Translations under genes and position numbers: made by a program
Shown here: piece after piece, positions 47,642 through 56,173 of the stretch
How the letters are laid out: each line of letters starts with the position of its first letter
How positions within the stretch are numbered: position 1 is the stretch's first letter
The notes under the pieces: model-generated
Database searches by the model: none
Told to the model about the DNA's origin: nothing
The model's input: the letters and a program-made list of their open reading frames with translations, nothing else
Source: Bacteroidaceae bacterium
Lineage (GTDB): Bacteria > Bacteroidota > Bacteroidia > Bacteroidales > Bacteroidaceae
DNA: 63,755 bases
NCBI GenBank assembly: GCA_045654445.1
Contig: JAZONI010000128.1
Span: 1 to 63,755 of the forward strand
Reading direction: 5' to 3'

Positions 47642-48081
47642 TCAACTACGGCGGATGGGGCATGTTCGTTGCCGCTTTTCTAGCCGGCAGCATACTCCCC
47701 TTCAGCAGCGAAGCCATCATGCTGGCTCTCCTTGCCGTAGGCAATCCTCCTTGGCAACTGCTACTCTGCGCCTCCCTAGGCAATTCGTTGGGAGGTATAA
47801 CCTGCTATTATATAGGTTACCTTACCACACCAGAGCGCGTACAGCGACTCTTCCACATCCATCCCCGGCATATGCAACGAGCCCATCGTCTGGTACAGCG
47901 CTGGGGTGCCTTCATGGGGTTTTTCTGTTGGGTTCCCTTTCTTGGCGATGCCATCCTTGTCGCTTTGGGCATCATGCGCAGCAATCCCCTCGTCACCAAT
48001 GTCACCATGCTCCTTGGCCGCACGCTTCGCTACGCCATCATACTCATCTCGGCTCTCGGCATAGCAAAAATCTTCTCGTGA
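47617..48081 (+). CDS. YqaA/DedA-like small membrane protein
   Basis: GGWGMFVAAFLAGSILPFSSEAIMLALLA...GNSLGGITCYYIGY. Start moved to ATG 47617, which overlaps the upstream gene by 25 nt. Confidence 0.65.
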   Translation: MEQLHDILINYGGWGMFVAAFLAGSILPFSSEAIMLALLAVGNPPWQLLLCASLGNSLGGITCYYIGYLTTPERVQRLFHIHPRHMQRAHRLVQRWGAFMGFFCWVPFLGDAILVALGIMRSNPLVTNVTMLLGRTLRYAIILISALGIAKIFS

Positions 48082-48213
48082 CAAATAGGGACATGTTATC
48101 TCTGGACATCCCTTGTCCTCGTGGATAATGTATGGAAGTTACGCCTTTTTCTTGCTTGGTAGGCATCTTTTACGTAACTTTACACCCTATATAGTAGTAA
48201 CGAAGACAAAGCG

Positions 48214-49194
48214 ATGAAGATTGACCATATCGAATTGGGGAAATATCCCGTGCTGTTGGCACCGATGGAGGATGTCACCGACCCTGCGTTCCGCCTGATG
48301 TGCAAGCAGTTTGGTGCCGACCTCGTATACACGGAGTTTGTGTCGAGCGATGCGCTCATACGCCAAGTAAACAAGTCGATGCAGAAGTTGGCCATCAGTG
48401 ACGAGGAGCGCCCCGTGGCAATACAGATCTATGGACGTGATGTAGACTCGATGACCGAGGCGGCACGCATCGTGGAGACAGTGAAGCCCGACATCATAGA
48501 CCTCAATTTCGGTTGCCCAGTGAAGCGTGTGGCTGGCAAGGGAGCCGGTGCCGGCATGTTACAGAACGTACCTCTGATGCTTGACATCGTGCGCTCGGTA
48601 GTCAATGCCGTGAAGACCCCCGTGACCGTGAAGACACGCCTCGGATGGGACGAAAGTTCTAAAATCATTGTCGACCTCGCCGAGCAGTTGCAGGACTGTG
48701 GTATCAAGGCACTCACCATACATGGCCGTACCCGCGCACAGATGTATACGGGTGAGGCCGACTGGACCCTCATTGGCGAGGTGAAGAACAACCCCCGCAT
48801 GCACATCCCCATCATCGGTAATGGCGACATCACCACTCCCGAACGTGCCAAGGAGTGTTTCGACCGCTACGGCGTGGATGCCGTGATGATAGGCCGCGCC
48901 AGCTTCGGACGTCCCTGGATATTCCGCGAGGTGAAGCATTACCTCGAGACAGGCGAGCATCTTCCGGCGCTTACCTTTGACGAGCGCATGGATATCCTGC
49001 GCGACGAAGTTAACCAGAGTGTGGCCCGACTGGACGAACGCCGGGGCATATTGCACATACGCCGCCACCTGGCTGCTACGCCGCTCTTCAAGGGATTGCC
49101 CGACTTCAAGCAGCTGCGCATCGCCATGTTGCGTGCCGAGACCGTAGAGGAGCTGTTCGAGATATTTGAGCAGATAAAGAAACAGTATGGATAG
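48214..49194 (+). CDS. dusB: tRNA-dihydrouridine synthase
   Basis: LAPMEDVTDPAFR...DLNFGCPVKRV...HGRTR...GNGDI are Dus-family motifs. Confidence 0.9.
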   Translation: MKIDHIELGKYPVLLAPMEDVTDPAFRLMCKQFGADLVYTEFVSSDALIRQVNKSMQKLAISDEERPVAIQIYGRDVDSMTEAARIVETVKPDIIDLNFGCPVKRVAGKGAGAGMLQNVPLMLDIVRSVVNAVKTPVTVKTRLGWDESSKIIVDLAEQLQDCGIKALTIHGRTRAQMYTGEADWTLIGEVKNNPRMHIPIIGNGDITTPERAKECFDRYGVDAVMIGRASFGRPWIFREVKHYLETGEHLPALTFDERMDILRDEVNQSVARLDERRGILHIRRHLAATPLFKGLPDFKQLRIAMLRAETVEELFEIFEQIKKQYG

Positions 49195-49262
49195 AAAGGT
49201 CCCCTTCTATCGTAATAGCATTCCTTTGAGAGCATAACCTTTGCATTATCAATAAAAAACAC

Positions 49263-49270
49263 TATTTTTG
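49263..49270 (+). promoter_or_regulatory. Putative -7 box TATTTTTG for the S9 peptidase gene
   Basis: Exact match followed by cagcgcaat, 50 nt upstream of ATG 49320. Confidence 0.45.
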
Positions 49271-49319
49271 CAGCGCAATAAAAACACGATGCTGTGATTA
49301 AACCAAACAAACACAATAT

Positions 49320-51851
49320 ATGAGAACAAGACATTTACTTGCCGCCACACTCGTGGCATGCAGTTTGGGTGTACAGGCCCAAGTGATTCAGAGTTATCAG
49401 GTACGTGATGCCGTGACCTTGCGCACACCCATCCTTACCGACAGCGTTAATACCGAAGGCCGTAAGTACGAGACCAGAGACTTGCTGGGGACAGCGATTG
49501 GTCTCAACCAGGACAACTATGCCACACAGGCCATGGAGGCTGACACAACAGGCTTCGTGACTCTGGCTGCTGCCGATGGCGAGCATCTCATCTATGTGGT
49601 GAGCACCAACATCCGTGCCGACCGCTTCATGAAAGGTAAACTCAAGGTGACCTCTCCCGTACGTTGGGAGGCCTTCATTGACGGTGCATCGAAGATGAAG
49701 AAGGAGAATGCCGAGGATAGCCTCAACGTAAAGGCTTCTCGTGACATCGCCCTCCGTATGGAGCCCGAACGCGACTATAAGGTTACACTCAAGTTGCTCG
49801 CCCATAAGGACGACAAGGCAGTACCCACATTCAAGTGCGAGGTAGTGGCCGACAAGGGTTATGAGAAGGTGAACGTGTTTAGCGGTCAGGACCTGAAGCG
49901 TCGATTCACCCTTGACAATACGGTATATGGCAATCGTGTCATCGATGTGGCCATGTCGCCCAGCGGCAAATATCTCTATACCCGCTACTGGAACAACTAC
50001 AGTAAGGGCCGCCAGCATGTATATGCCCAACTCACCGATGCGAAGACAGGCAAGGTGATTCTCGCCAATGCCAAGGACGGCATGCGCTGGATGCCCAAGA
50101 GCGACAAGATGTACTACACCGCTACAGCGGCTACAGGCAACAACGTCATCGTGCTCGACCCCGCTACACTGGCCGAGGATGTATTGCTCACAGAGATTCC
50201 TGCCGAGAGTTTCACTTGGGCACCCACCGAGGACTTCCTCATCTACTATCCCAGTGAGAAGGGACAGGTCGAGCAAGGTCCGCTGAAGCGCATCGTGACA
50301 CCGCGTGACCGTATCCCCGGATTCCGTGGACGTAGTTTCCTTGCCAAGTATGATATCAAGAAGGGTACTACCGAGCGCCTCACCTATGGTCACCACTCCA
50401 CACGTTTGAACGACATCCGCAAGGATGGTGCGAAGATTCTCTTCAGCACCTATGCCGAGGATGTGACCACCCGTCCCTTTGGCAATTCGGCCTACTATCA
50501 ACTCGACCTCAACACCTACGAGATCGATACCCTCGTGGCTGGCAGCGGCTTCGTTGACGGTGCTACCTACTCGCCCGACGGCACACAGGTGCTCTTCGTC
50601 GGAAGTGCTGAAGCCTTCGATGAAATCGGCAAGAATTGCGATGCGCCCATCGTGAACGGCTACGACAAGCAGGCCTTCATCATGGATCTCGCCACCCGTG
50701 AGGTGACCCCCATCACCAAGGACTTTGCCCCTTCGGTAAGCATGTTGCAGTGGAACGCAGCCGACAAGAACATCTACTTCACTACCGATGATAAGGATGA
50801 GGTGAACATCTACCGCTACAATACAGCGAAGAAGGCCTTCGAGCAACTGCCGTTGGAGATCTCCGTGACACAGCGTTTCTCATTGCCCTCACAGAATGCG
50901 ACCATAGCAGCCTACTATGGTCAGGACGACCACACAGCAGGTGTAGGCTACCTCTTCGACATGAAGAAGATGCGCTCACGCCTCATCGCCGACCCCATGC
51001 AGCCTATCCTTGCAGATATTGAGTTGGGAGAGACACACGAGTGGAACTTCACCGCGTCAGATGGCACCACCATCCACGGCAAGTACTGCCTGCCTCCCTC
51101 CTTCGACCCCGAGAAGAAATATCCCCTCATCGTATACTACTACGGTGGTACCACACCTACCGTGAAGGGTATCAGCAACCCCTACTGTGCACAGTTGTTC
51201 GCTTCGCGCGACTATGTAGTGTATGTCATCCAGCCCAGCGGTACCATTGGCTACGGTCAGGAGTTTGCTGCACGCCACGTCAACGCATGGGGTAAGCGCA
51301 CTGCCGACGACATCATCGAGGGTACCAAGCAGTTCTGCGAGGAGCATCCCTACGTAGATGCTGAGCGCATCGGCTGTCTGGGTGCATCGTATGGTGGATT
51401 CATGACTCAGTACCTGCAGACTCAAACCGATATCTTCGCTGCTGCCGTGTCACATGCCGGTATCAGCAACGTGACCAGTTACTGGGGCGAGGGCTACTGG
51501 GGCTACAGTTACAACGCTATCGCTGCTGCCGACAGTTATCCCTGGCAGAATCCCGACCTCTTCACCAAGCAGGGCTCGCTCTTCAATGCCGATAAGATCA
51601 ACACTCCGCTGTTGCTCCTTCATGGCACTGTAGACACCAATGTGCCTATGGGTGAGAGTATCCAGCTCTTCAATGCATTGAAGATCCTGGGCAAGCCTGT
51701 CGAGTTTATCCAAGTAGAGGGTGAGGACCATTTTGTGGCCGATTATGCCAAGCGTGTGCTCTGGCACAATACCATTATGGCCTGGTTTGCCCGTTACCTG
51801 CAGGATAGCCCCGAGTGGTGGAACGACCTCTATCCCGAGCGTCATTTATAA
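49320..51851 (+). CDS. S9 family serine peptidase with N-terminal beta-propeller region
   Basis: 843 aa with a signal peptide. The C-terminal alpha/beta hydrolase has GASYGGFMT (GxSxGG), LLLLHGTVDTNV and EGEDHF (Ser-Asp-His). Confidence 0.85.
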   Translation: MRTRHLLAATLVACSLGVQAQVIQSYQVRDAVTLRTPILTDSVNTEGRKYETRDLLGTAIGLNQDNYATQAMEADTTGFVTLAAADGEHLIYVVSTNIRADRFMKGKLKVTSPVRWEAFIDGASKMKKENAEDSLNVKASRDIALRMEPERDYKVTLKLLAHKDDKAVPTFKCEVVADKGYEKVNVFSGQDLKRRFTLDNTVYGNRVIDVAMSPSGKYLYTRYWNNYSKGRQHVYAQLTDAKTGKVILANAKDGMRWMPKSDKMYYTATAATGNNVIVLDPATLAEDVLLTEIPAESFTWAPTEDFLIYYPSEKGQVEQGPLKRIVTPRDRIPGFRGRSFLAKYDIKKGTTERLTYGHHSTRLNDIRKDGAKILFSTYAEDVTTRPFGNSAYYQLDLNTYEIDTLVAGSGFVDGATYSPDGTQVLFVGSAEAFDEIGKNCDAPIVNGYDKQAFIMDLATREVTPITKDFAPSVSMLQWNAADKNIYFTTDDKDEVNIYRYNTAKKAFEQLPLEISVTQRFSLPSQNATIAAYYGQDDHTAGVGYLFDMKKMRSRLIADPMQPILADIELGETHEWNFTASDGTTIHGKYCLPPSFDPEKKYPLIVYYYGGTTPTVKGISNPYCAQLFASRDYVVYVIQPSGTIGYGQEFAARHVNAWGKRTADDIIEGTKQFCEEHPYVDAERIGCLGASYGGFMTQYLQTQTDIFAAAVSHAGISNVTSYWGEGYWGYSYNAIAAADSYPWQNPDLFTKQGSLFNADKINTPLLLLHGTVDTNVPMGESIQLFNALKILGKPVEFIQVEGEDHFVADYAKRVLWHNTIMAWFARYLQDSPEWWNDLYPERHL

Positions 51852-51887
51852 TATGCAATCAATGGCTGTAGGCTTATAGGACGACGT

Positions 51888-53015
51888 ATGCAAAGGCAAA
51901 CATCAACCCAACTATTCAAATATGAAGTCACCGGAGGGGTGTCGGAGTATCATGCGATATTACGCATCACCAATCCACGCCTCACCTATGCCGAACAGGT
52001 AGAACACTTGCTGGCCGCCTACGACACCTTGGTAAACGACGAATTGCAGAGTGCCGTGGCGGTGTTCAAGCGATTCTTCGTGAGTGATGCCGCCAATCAG
52101 GCCAACCACCTGCTGGCGACACAGATCGAGCAGACCGATTGTGCCTTGTCTATCGTCGAGCAGGCCCCGCTCGATGGTACCAAGATTGCCCTATGGGTAT
52201 ATCTGCAAAGTGGGGTACACACCCGTGTGCTTTCGCATGGTGACTACGAGGTGAGCCATGGTGGCTACCGCCACATCTGGAGCGGCTACAACTACAACAA
52301 GGCGTCGAAGTCAGAGTATCAGACGCGCCTTCTGCTCAACGACTATGCCATGCGCCTGGCCGAGCAGGGGTGCACATTGGCCGACAACTGCCTGCGCACC
52401 TGGTTCTTCGTGCAGAATGTCGATGTCAACTATGCCGGTGTGGTAAAGGCCCGCAATGAGGTGTTCCTCACCCAAGGGCTCACGGCCGAGACCCATTTCA
52501 TTGCCAGCACGGGCATTGCGGGGCGTCATGCCGACCACGAGGTACTGGTACACATGGATGCCTATGCCGTTGCAGGTCTTCAGGAGGGTCAGGTGCATTA
52601 CCTGTATGCCCCCACACATCTCAACCCTACCTATGAGTATGGTGTGAGTTTCGAGCGCGGCACCTATGTAGACTATGGCGACCGCCGTCAGGTGTTCATC
52701 TCGGGCACGGCCAGCATCAACAACCGTGGCGAGGTGGTGTATCCGGGCGACATACGCAAGCAGGCCGAGCGCATGTGGGAGAATGTCGAAGTGCTGTTGG
52801 CCGAGGCTGAATGTACCTACGAGCATGTCGGCCATCTGTTGGTCTACCTGCGCGACATTGCCGACTTCACGGTGGTGCAGGAGATGTTCGAAGAGCGCTT
52901 CCCCACCATCCCGAAGGTGTACTTGCAGGCACCTGTGTGCCGTCCCGGCTGGCTCATAGAGATGGAGTGCATGGCCGTCAAGACCATACACAACGACAAG
53001 TACCCAGCCTATTGA
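51888..53015 (+). CDS. Two-domain RidA/YjgF-fold protein (FkbO/Hyg5 chorismatase-like, tentative)
   Basis: 375 aa. The C-terminal ISGTASINNRGEVVYPGDIRKQAERMWENVEVLL...LVYLRDIADF...IEMECMAV is RidA-like. The N-terminal half looks like a degenerate second copy. Confidence 0.45.
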   Translation: MQRQTSTQLFKYEVTGGVSEYHAILRITNPRLTYAEQVEHLLAAYDTLVNDELQSAVAVFKRFFVSDAANQANHLLATQIEQTDCALSIVEQAPLDGTKIALWVYLQSGVHTRVLSHGDYEVSHGGYRHIWSGYNYNKASKSEYQTRLLLNDYAMRLAEQGCTLADNCLRTWFFVQNVDVNYAGVVKARNEVFLTQGLTAETHFIASTGIAGRHADHEVLVHMDAYAVAGLQEGQVHYLYAPTHLNPTYEYGVSFERGTYVDYGDRRQVFISGTASINNRGEVVYPGDIRKQAERMWENVEVLLAEAECTYEHVGHLLVYLRDIADFTVVQEMFEERFPTIPKVYLQAPVCRPGWLIEMECMAVKTIHNDKYPAY

Positions 53016-53031
53016 TCTAGGGGCGACCAGC

Positions 53032-54363
53032 CTATACGGCGGGCAGACTGTTTCCGTTGATCTTGCGATAGAGGTCGAGGGCAAACACGTCGGTCATTCC
53101 GGACAGATAGTCAAACACAGCCTGAATCTTACCATAGAGCGTCGGTGCATGCATGTCGTACTGGCTGCTCACCCTGTCGATGAGCAGGCGCGAATAGGCC
53201 TTGTCGGGATGTGTGACCGCGTCGACCATCAGTTCGATGAGTGTGTTGATGATGCGGAAACCCGCCAACTCAATATCCAGCACGTCGCGTGAGCGGTATA
53301 TCTTCTGCACAGCTACCTCGGAGCAGTGCTTGTAGGCATCGCGCAGCCTTTCGCTGGCGTGCTTGATGAGCGGTGCGTTGAATGTGCCATTGAGGATCTC
53401 CTCCTCGTGCCGCATGAACACGTCGGCACATTCATCGATGAGTATACCTATCACCTTCGATCTCAGGTAGGCAATCTGCTCATTATGGTCGGTCACCACG
53501 CTGAACACCTCCTGCAGATGCTTCCTCTTGTCCTCCTGGATGAACGGGATGAGCAGGGCTATCGTCTCATCGCGGGTAAGAATCTTCAGTTTGAAGGCAT
53601 CCTCAATATCCATCATCTGGTAGCAGATGTCATCGGCGGCTTCCACGAGGAAGACGAGCGGGTGGCGGCAATACCTCAGCGGCTCTCCCTCCGCGCTGAG
53701 TCTGATGAGGCCCAACTCATCGGCGATGGTGCGGAAGGTGTCGGCCTCGGTGTGGAAGAAACCGAACTTAGGCTTTCCCCCGGCATAGTAGGAGGAGTAG
53801 GGATACTTGACGATGGATGCCAGCGTGGCATAGGTGAGTGCAAAGCCTCCCCGGCGGCGTCCGTTGAACTGGTGTGTGAGCAGGCGGAAGGCATTGGCAT
53901 TACCTTCAAAGTGGATGATGTCGTTCCACTCCTCCTCGCTCATCAGCGCCCGCAGGCTTCCTCCCTTCCCTTCGGAGAAATAGGCCGATATGGCCCGCTC
54001 ACCCGAGTGGCCAAAGGGCGGGTTGCCCAGGTCGTGTGCCAGGCAGGCTGCCGACACGATGTTGCCTATCTCGCCGATGGCCGAGTCACGCAACGCAGGA
54101 TACCGCTCCTGCAGGGCACGGCTCACCTTGTTGCCCAGTGAGCGCCCCACGCACGACACCTCGAGGCTATGGGTCAGCCTATTGTGTACAAACACGCTTC
54201 CCGGCAAGGGAAATACCTGGGTCTTGTTCTGCAAGCGGCGGAAGGGGGCCGAGAATACCAGGCGGTCGTAGTCGCGCAGAAAGGCCGAACGGTCGTCAAA
54301 TTCCTCCGTGTGGTACGACTCCATGCCCAATCGCTTGGATGAGATCAGTTTTCTCCAGTCCAT
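53032..54363 (-). CDS. dgt: dGTP triphosphohydrolase (HD domain)
   Basis: RLTHSLEVSCVGRSLG and ACLAHDLGNPPFGHSGE are HD motifs. Start moved to ATG 54363 (MDWRKLISSKR), with a -7 box at 54393-54400. Confidence 0.85.
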   Translation of the reverse strand: MDWRKLISSKRLGMESYHTEEFDDRSAFLRDYDRLVFSAPFRRLQNKTQVFPLPGSVFVHNRLTHSLEVSCVGRSLGNKVSRALQERYPALRDSAIGEIGNIVSAACLAHDLGNPPFGHSGERAISAYFSEGKGGSLRALMSEEEWNDIIHFEGNANAFRLLTHQFNGRRRGGFALTYATLASIVKYPYSSYYAGGKPKFGFFHTEADTFRTIADELGLIRLSAEGEPLRYCRHPLVFLVEAADDICYQMMDIEDAFKLKILTRDETIALLIPFIQEDKRKHLQEVFSVVTDHNEQIAYLRSKVIGILIDECADVFMRHEEEILNGTFNAPLIKHASERLRDAYKHCSEVAVQKIYRSRDVLDIELAGFRIINTLIELMVDAVTHPDKAYSRLLIDRVSSQYDMHAPTLYGKIQAVFDYLSGMTDVFALDLYRKINGNSLPAV

Positions 54364-54392
54364 CATATCAGCAAATACCTTAATTATATCTG

Positions 54393-54400
54393 CAAAAATA
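54393..54400 (-). promoter_or_regulatory. Putative -7 box TATTTTTG for dgt
   Basis: Exact match on the minus strand, 30 nt upstream of ATG 54363. Confidence 0.4.
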
Positions 54401-54434
54401 CATCTTTTTTCGCATCGGTCGGGTATATATGGGC

Positions 54435-54451
54435 TATTTTTGTTACTTTTG
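54435..54451 (+). promoter_or_regulatory. Two adjacent -7 box candidates (TATTTTTG, TACTTTTG) for the methyltransferase/adenosyltransferase genes
   Basis: Exact matches at 54435-54442 and 54444-54451, 22-31 nt upstream of ATG 54473. They are divergent from the dgt promoter. Confidence 0.4.
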
Positions 54452-54472
54452 CCCATTATAACAGATGCAGCG

Positions 54473-55126
54473 ATGAACAGGTGGATCAGGAGAAAATGCA
54501 ACTCCCATGGCTATGGAGTGCAAAGTCCGGGCGACTTCTATTTCGTGCAGCACGTGTTGCGCGAGACCTCTCCCTACTATGGCTATGCCCAGTTGGAGCA
54601 GGCCGGTAAGGTATTCAGCCGTGCGCTGCCCCACTATCCGTCCCGTGTCAACCGCCTCCTCTTCCGCTTGTCCAATCACGTGCATCCCCGCACCATCATC
54701 GAGGTGGGCACCGGCTCGGGCCTGTCGGCCTACACCCTGTCTCTGGGCTGTACCGGGGCACGATGCATCACCATCGGGCCGTGCGAGTGTCCCGCCCAGT
54801 TGGCCCATTCTCCCCACATAGACTACCGCAGCGGCGATGAAATGGCCACTTTTGACACCATACTCTCTACCTTGGGCAAGGTAGACCTGCTACACATCGG
54901 ACACACCGCACATTACCGTGAGGTATTGGAGAAAGCGCTCCCCTACGTGGGTGACCACACACTCATCATCATCGGAGGGATACGTGACGACAAGACCAAG
55001 CACACCTGGTGGCAAGCGTTGATGGCCCGCCATACAGGCATCGCCTACGATGTGAAAGATGTAGGCCTGCTCTTCTTCAATACCAGCCGCCACAAGAACA
55101 CCTATTGGGTCAAGTTGAAGGATTAA
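54473..55126 (+). CDS. Class I SAM-dependent methyltransferase
   Basis: Motif I IIEVGTGSGLSAY. Start moved to ATG 54473, because -7 boxes at 54435-54451 lie inside the longer track ORF. Confidence 0.65.
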   Translation: MNRWIRRKCNSHGYGVQSPGDFYFVQHVLRETSPYYGYAQLEQAGKVFSRALPHYPSRVNRLLFRLSNHVHPRTIIEVGTGSGLSAYTLSLGCTGARCITIGPCECPAQLAHSPHIDYRSGDEMATFDTILSTLGKVDLLHIGHTAHYREVLEKALPYVGDHTLIIIGGIRDDKTKHTWWQALMARHTGIAYDVKDVGLLFFNTSRHKNTYWVKLKD

Positions 55127-55150
55127 CGCTATATAAGGAAAGATACCGTG

Positions 55151-55696
55151 ATGAAAAAGAGTAAGATATATACCCGTGGAGGCGATGCCGGCACCACCTC
55201 ACTCATCGGAGGAAGCCGGGTGAAGAAATGTAGCCTGCGCCTCGAGGCCTATGGCACCATCGACGAACTCAGTGCCCACCTGGGGCTGCTCAATGCCCAT
55301 GTAGGCACCGATGACTTCATGCTTTGGATCCAATCCCGCCTGTTCGACCTGGGCACCCATCTGGCCATGCCATGCAGCGACAGCGGCCAACCCTCGCCCT
55401 GTGCCATCGGCGAGCAGGAGGTGGCAGTACTGGAGGGCCGCATCGATGAGTTGGATGCCACACTCCCCGCACTCCACACCTTCGTCCTTCCCGGAGGCTC
55501 TGCCAGTGCCGCCCAATGCCACGTGTGCCGCACCGTATGCCGTCGTGCCGAACGCCTCATCATAGCCCTTGCCGACGAGGCCCCCGTGCACCCCGCCGCC
55601 ATCGCATTCGTCAACCGCCTGTCCGATTTCCTATTCGTCTATGCACGCCATCTGAACAAAATAGAGGGTGCAGACGAAATTTTGTGGAAGAAATAG
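55151..55696 (+). CDS. PduO-type ATP:cob(I)alamin adenosyltransferase
   Basis: KIYTRGGDAGTTSL...RLEAYGTIDELSAHLG...FVLPGG...CRTVCRRAER are family motifs. Confidence 0.85.
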   Translation: MKKSKIYTRGGDAGTTSLIGGSRVKKCSLRLEAYGTIDELSAHLGLLNAHVGTDDFMLWIQSRLFDLGTHLAMPCSDSGQPSPCAIGEQEVAVLEGRIDELDATLPALHTFVLPGGSASAAQCHVCRTVCRRAERLIIALADEAPVHPAAIAFVNRLSDFLFVYARHLNKIEGADEILWKK

Positions 55697-55727
55697 AATA
55701 ATCTGTTTGTTTTTAAGAAAAAAATTA

Positions 55728-55735
55728 TACTTTTG
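55728..55735 (+). promoter_or_regulatory. Putative -7 box TACTTTTG for the DUF2795-like gene
   Basis: Exact match followed by cagc, 54 nt upstream of ATG 55789. Confidence 0.45.
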
Positions 55736-55788
55736 CAGCCTCATTCAAAGAGCAAATAATAATAAACAAAACAACAACAAAGACTAAT

Positions 55789-56010
55789 ATGTACTGGACA
55801 CTTGAATTGGCATCAAAATTGGAGGATGCACCATGGCCCGCAACCAAGGAAGAGTTGATCGACTATGCTATCCGTTCGGGCTCACCCTTGGAGGTAATCG
55901 AGAACCTGCAGGAAATCGAAGACGAAGGCGATATCTACGAGAGCATCGAGGACATCTGGCCCGACTATCCTAGCAAGGAAGATTTCTTTTTTGACGAGGA
56001 GGAGTATTGA
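55789..56010 (+). CDS. DUF2795-like small acidic protein
   Basis: 73 aa. WPATKEELIDYAIRSGSPLEVIENLQEI matches the DUF2795 pattern. It has its own -7 box and a 14-bp terminator hairpin. Confidence 0.65.
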   Translation: MYWTLELASKLEDAPWPATKEELIDYAIRSGSPLEVIENLQEIEDEGDIYESIEDIWPDYPSKEDFFFDEEEY

Positions 56011-56042
56011 TTCTCAACACTGCTTATCAATCGACTAGCATC

Positions 56043-56083
56043 ACAAATGGGTGACCCGTGGGTCACCCATTTGTCGTTTCTGT
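56043..56083 (+). terminator. Terminator-like hairpin after the DUF2795-like gene
   Basis: Perfect 14-bp stem acaaatgggtgacc / ggtcacccatttgt with loop cgtg, followed by a weak T tract cgtttctgt. Confidence 0.6.
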
Positions 56084-56173
56084 ACATTGGGTTGCTCAGA
56101 GGGAGCAAGAGGAAGCGGGCAATTTCTTGAATCTATATTTCCCTATCTCCGCGTTTATGCGTATCTTAGCAAC

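Noticed and set aside
49335-50846. 503-aa ORF on the minus strand
   Set aside because: It lies entirely antisense to the well-supported S9 peptidase gene. The sequence is low-complexity and rich in Gly/Val/Leu/His, with no recognisable motif. It is typical of a shadow ORF in GC-rich coding DNA.
52311-53084. 257-aa minus-strand ORF; also 53326-54141(+), 45812-46441(-), 13469-13888(-)
   Set aside because: All are embedded antisense in strongly supported genes (the RidA-fold gene, dgt, purD and metG). Their composition-driven openness explains them.
53032-54363. dGTPase as an anti-phage nucleotide-depletion defence gene
   Set aside because: It has the canonical housekeeping Dgt length and motifs and sits among core genes with host-like composition. 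No neighbouring defence genes or mobile-element markers are present.
56051-56173. Longer N-terminal extension of the TPR regulator (track start 56051)
   Set aside because: The extension begins inside the 14-bp terminator hairpin of the upstream gene and precedes a good signal peptide that starts at ATG 56174.
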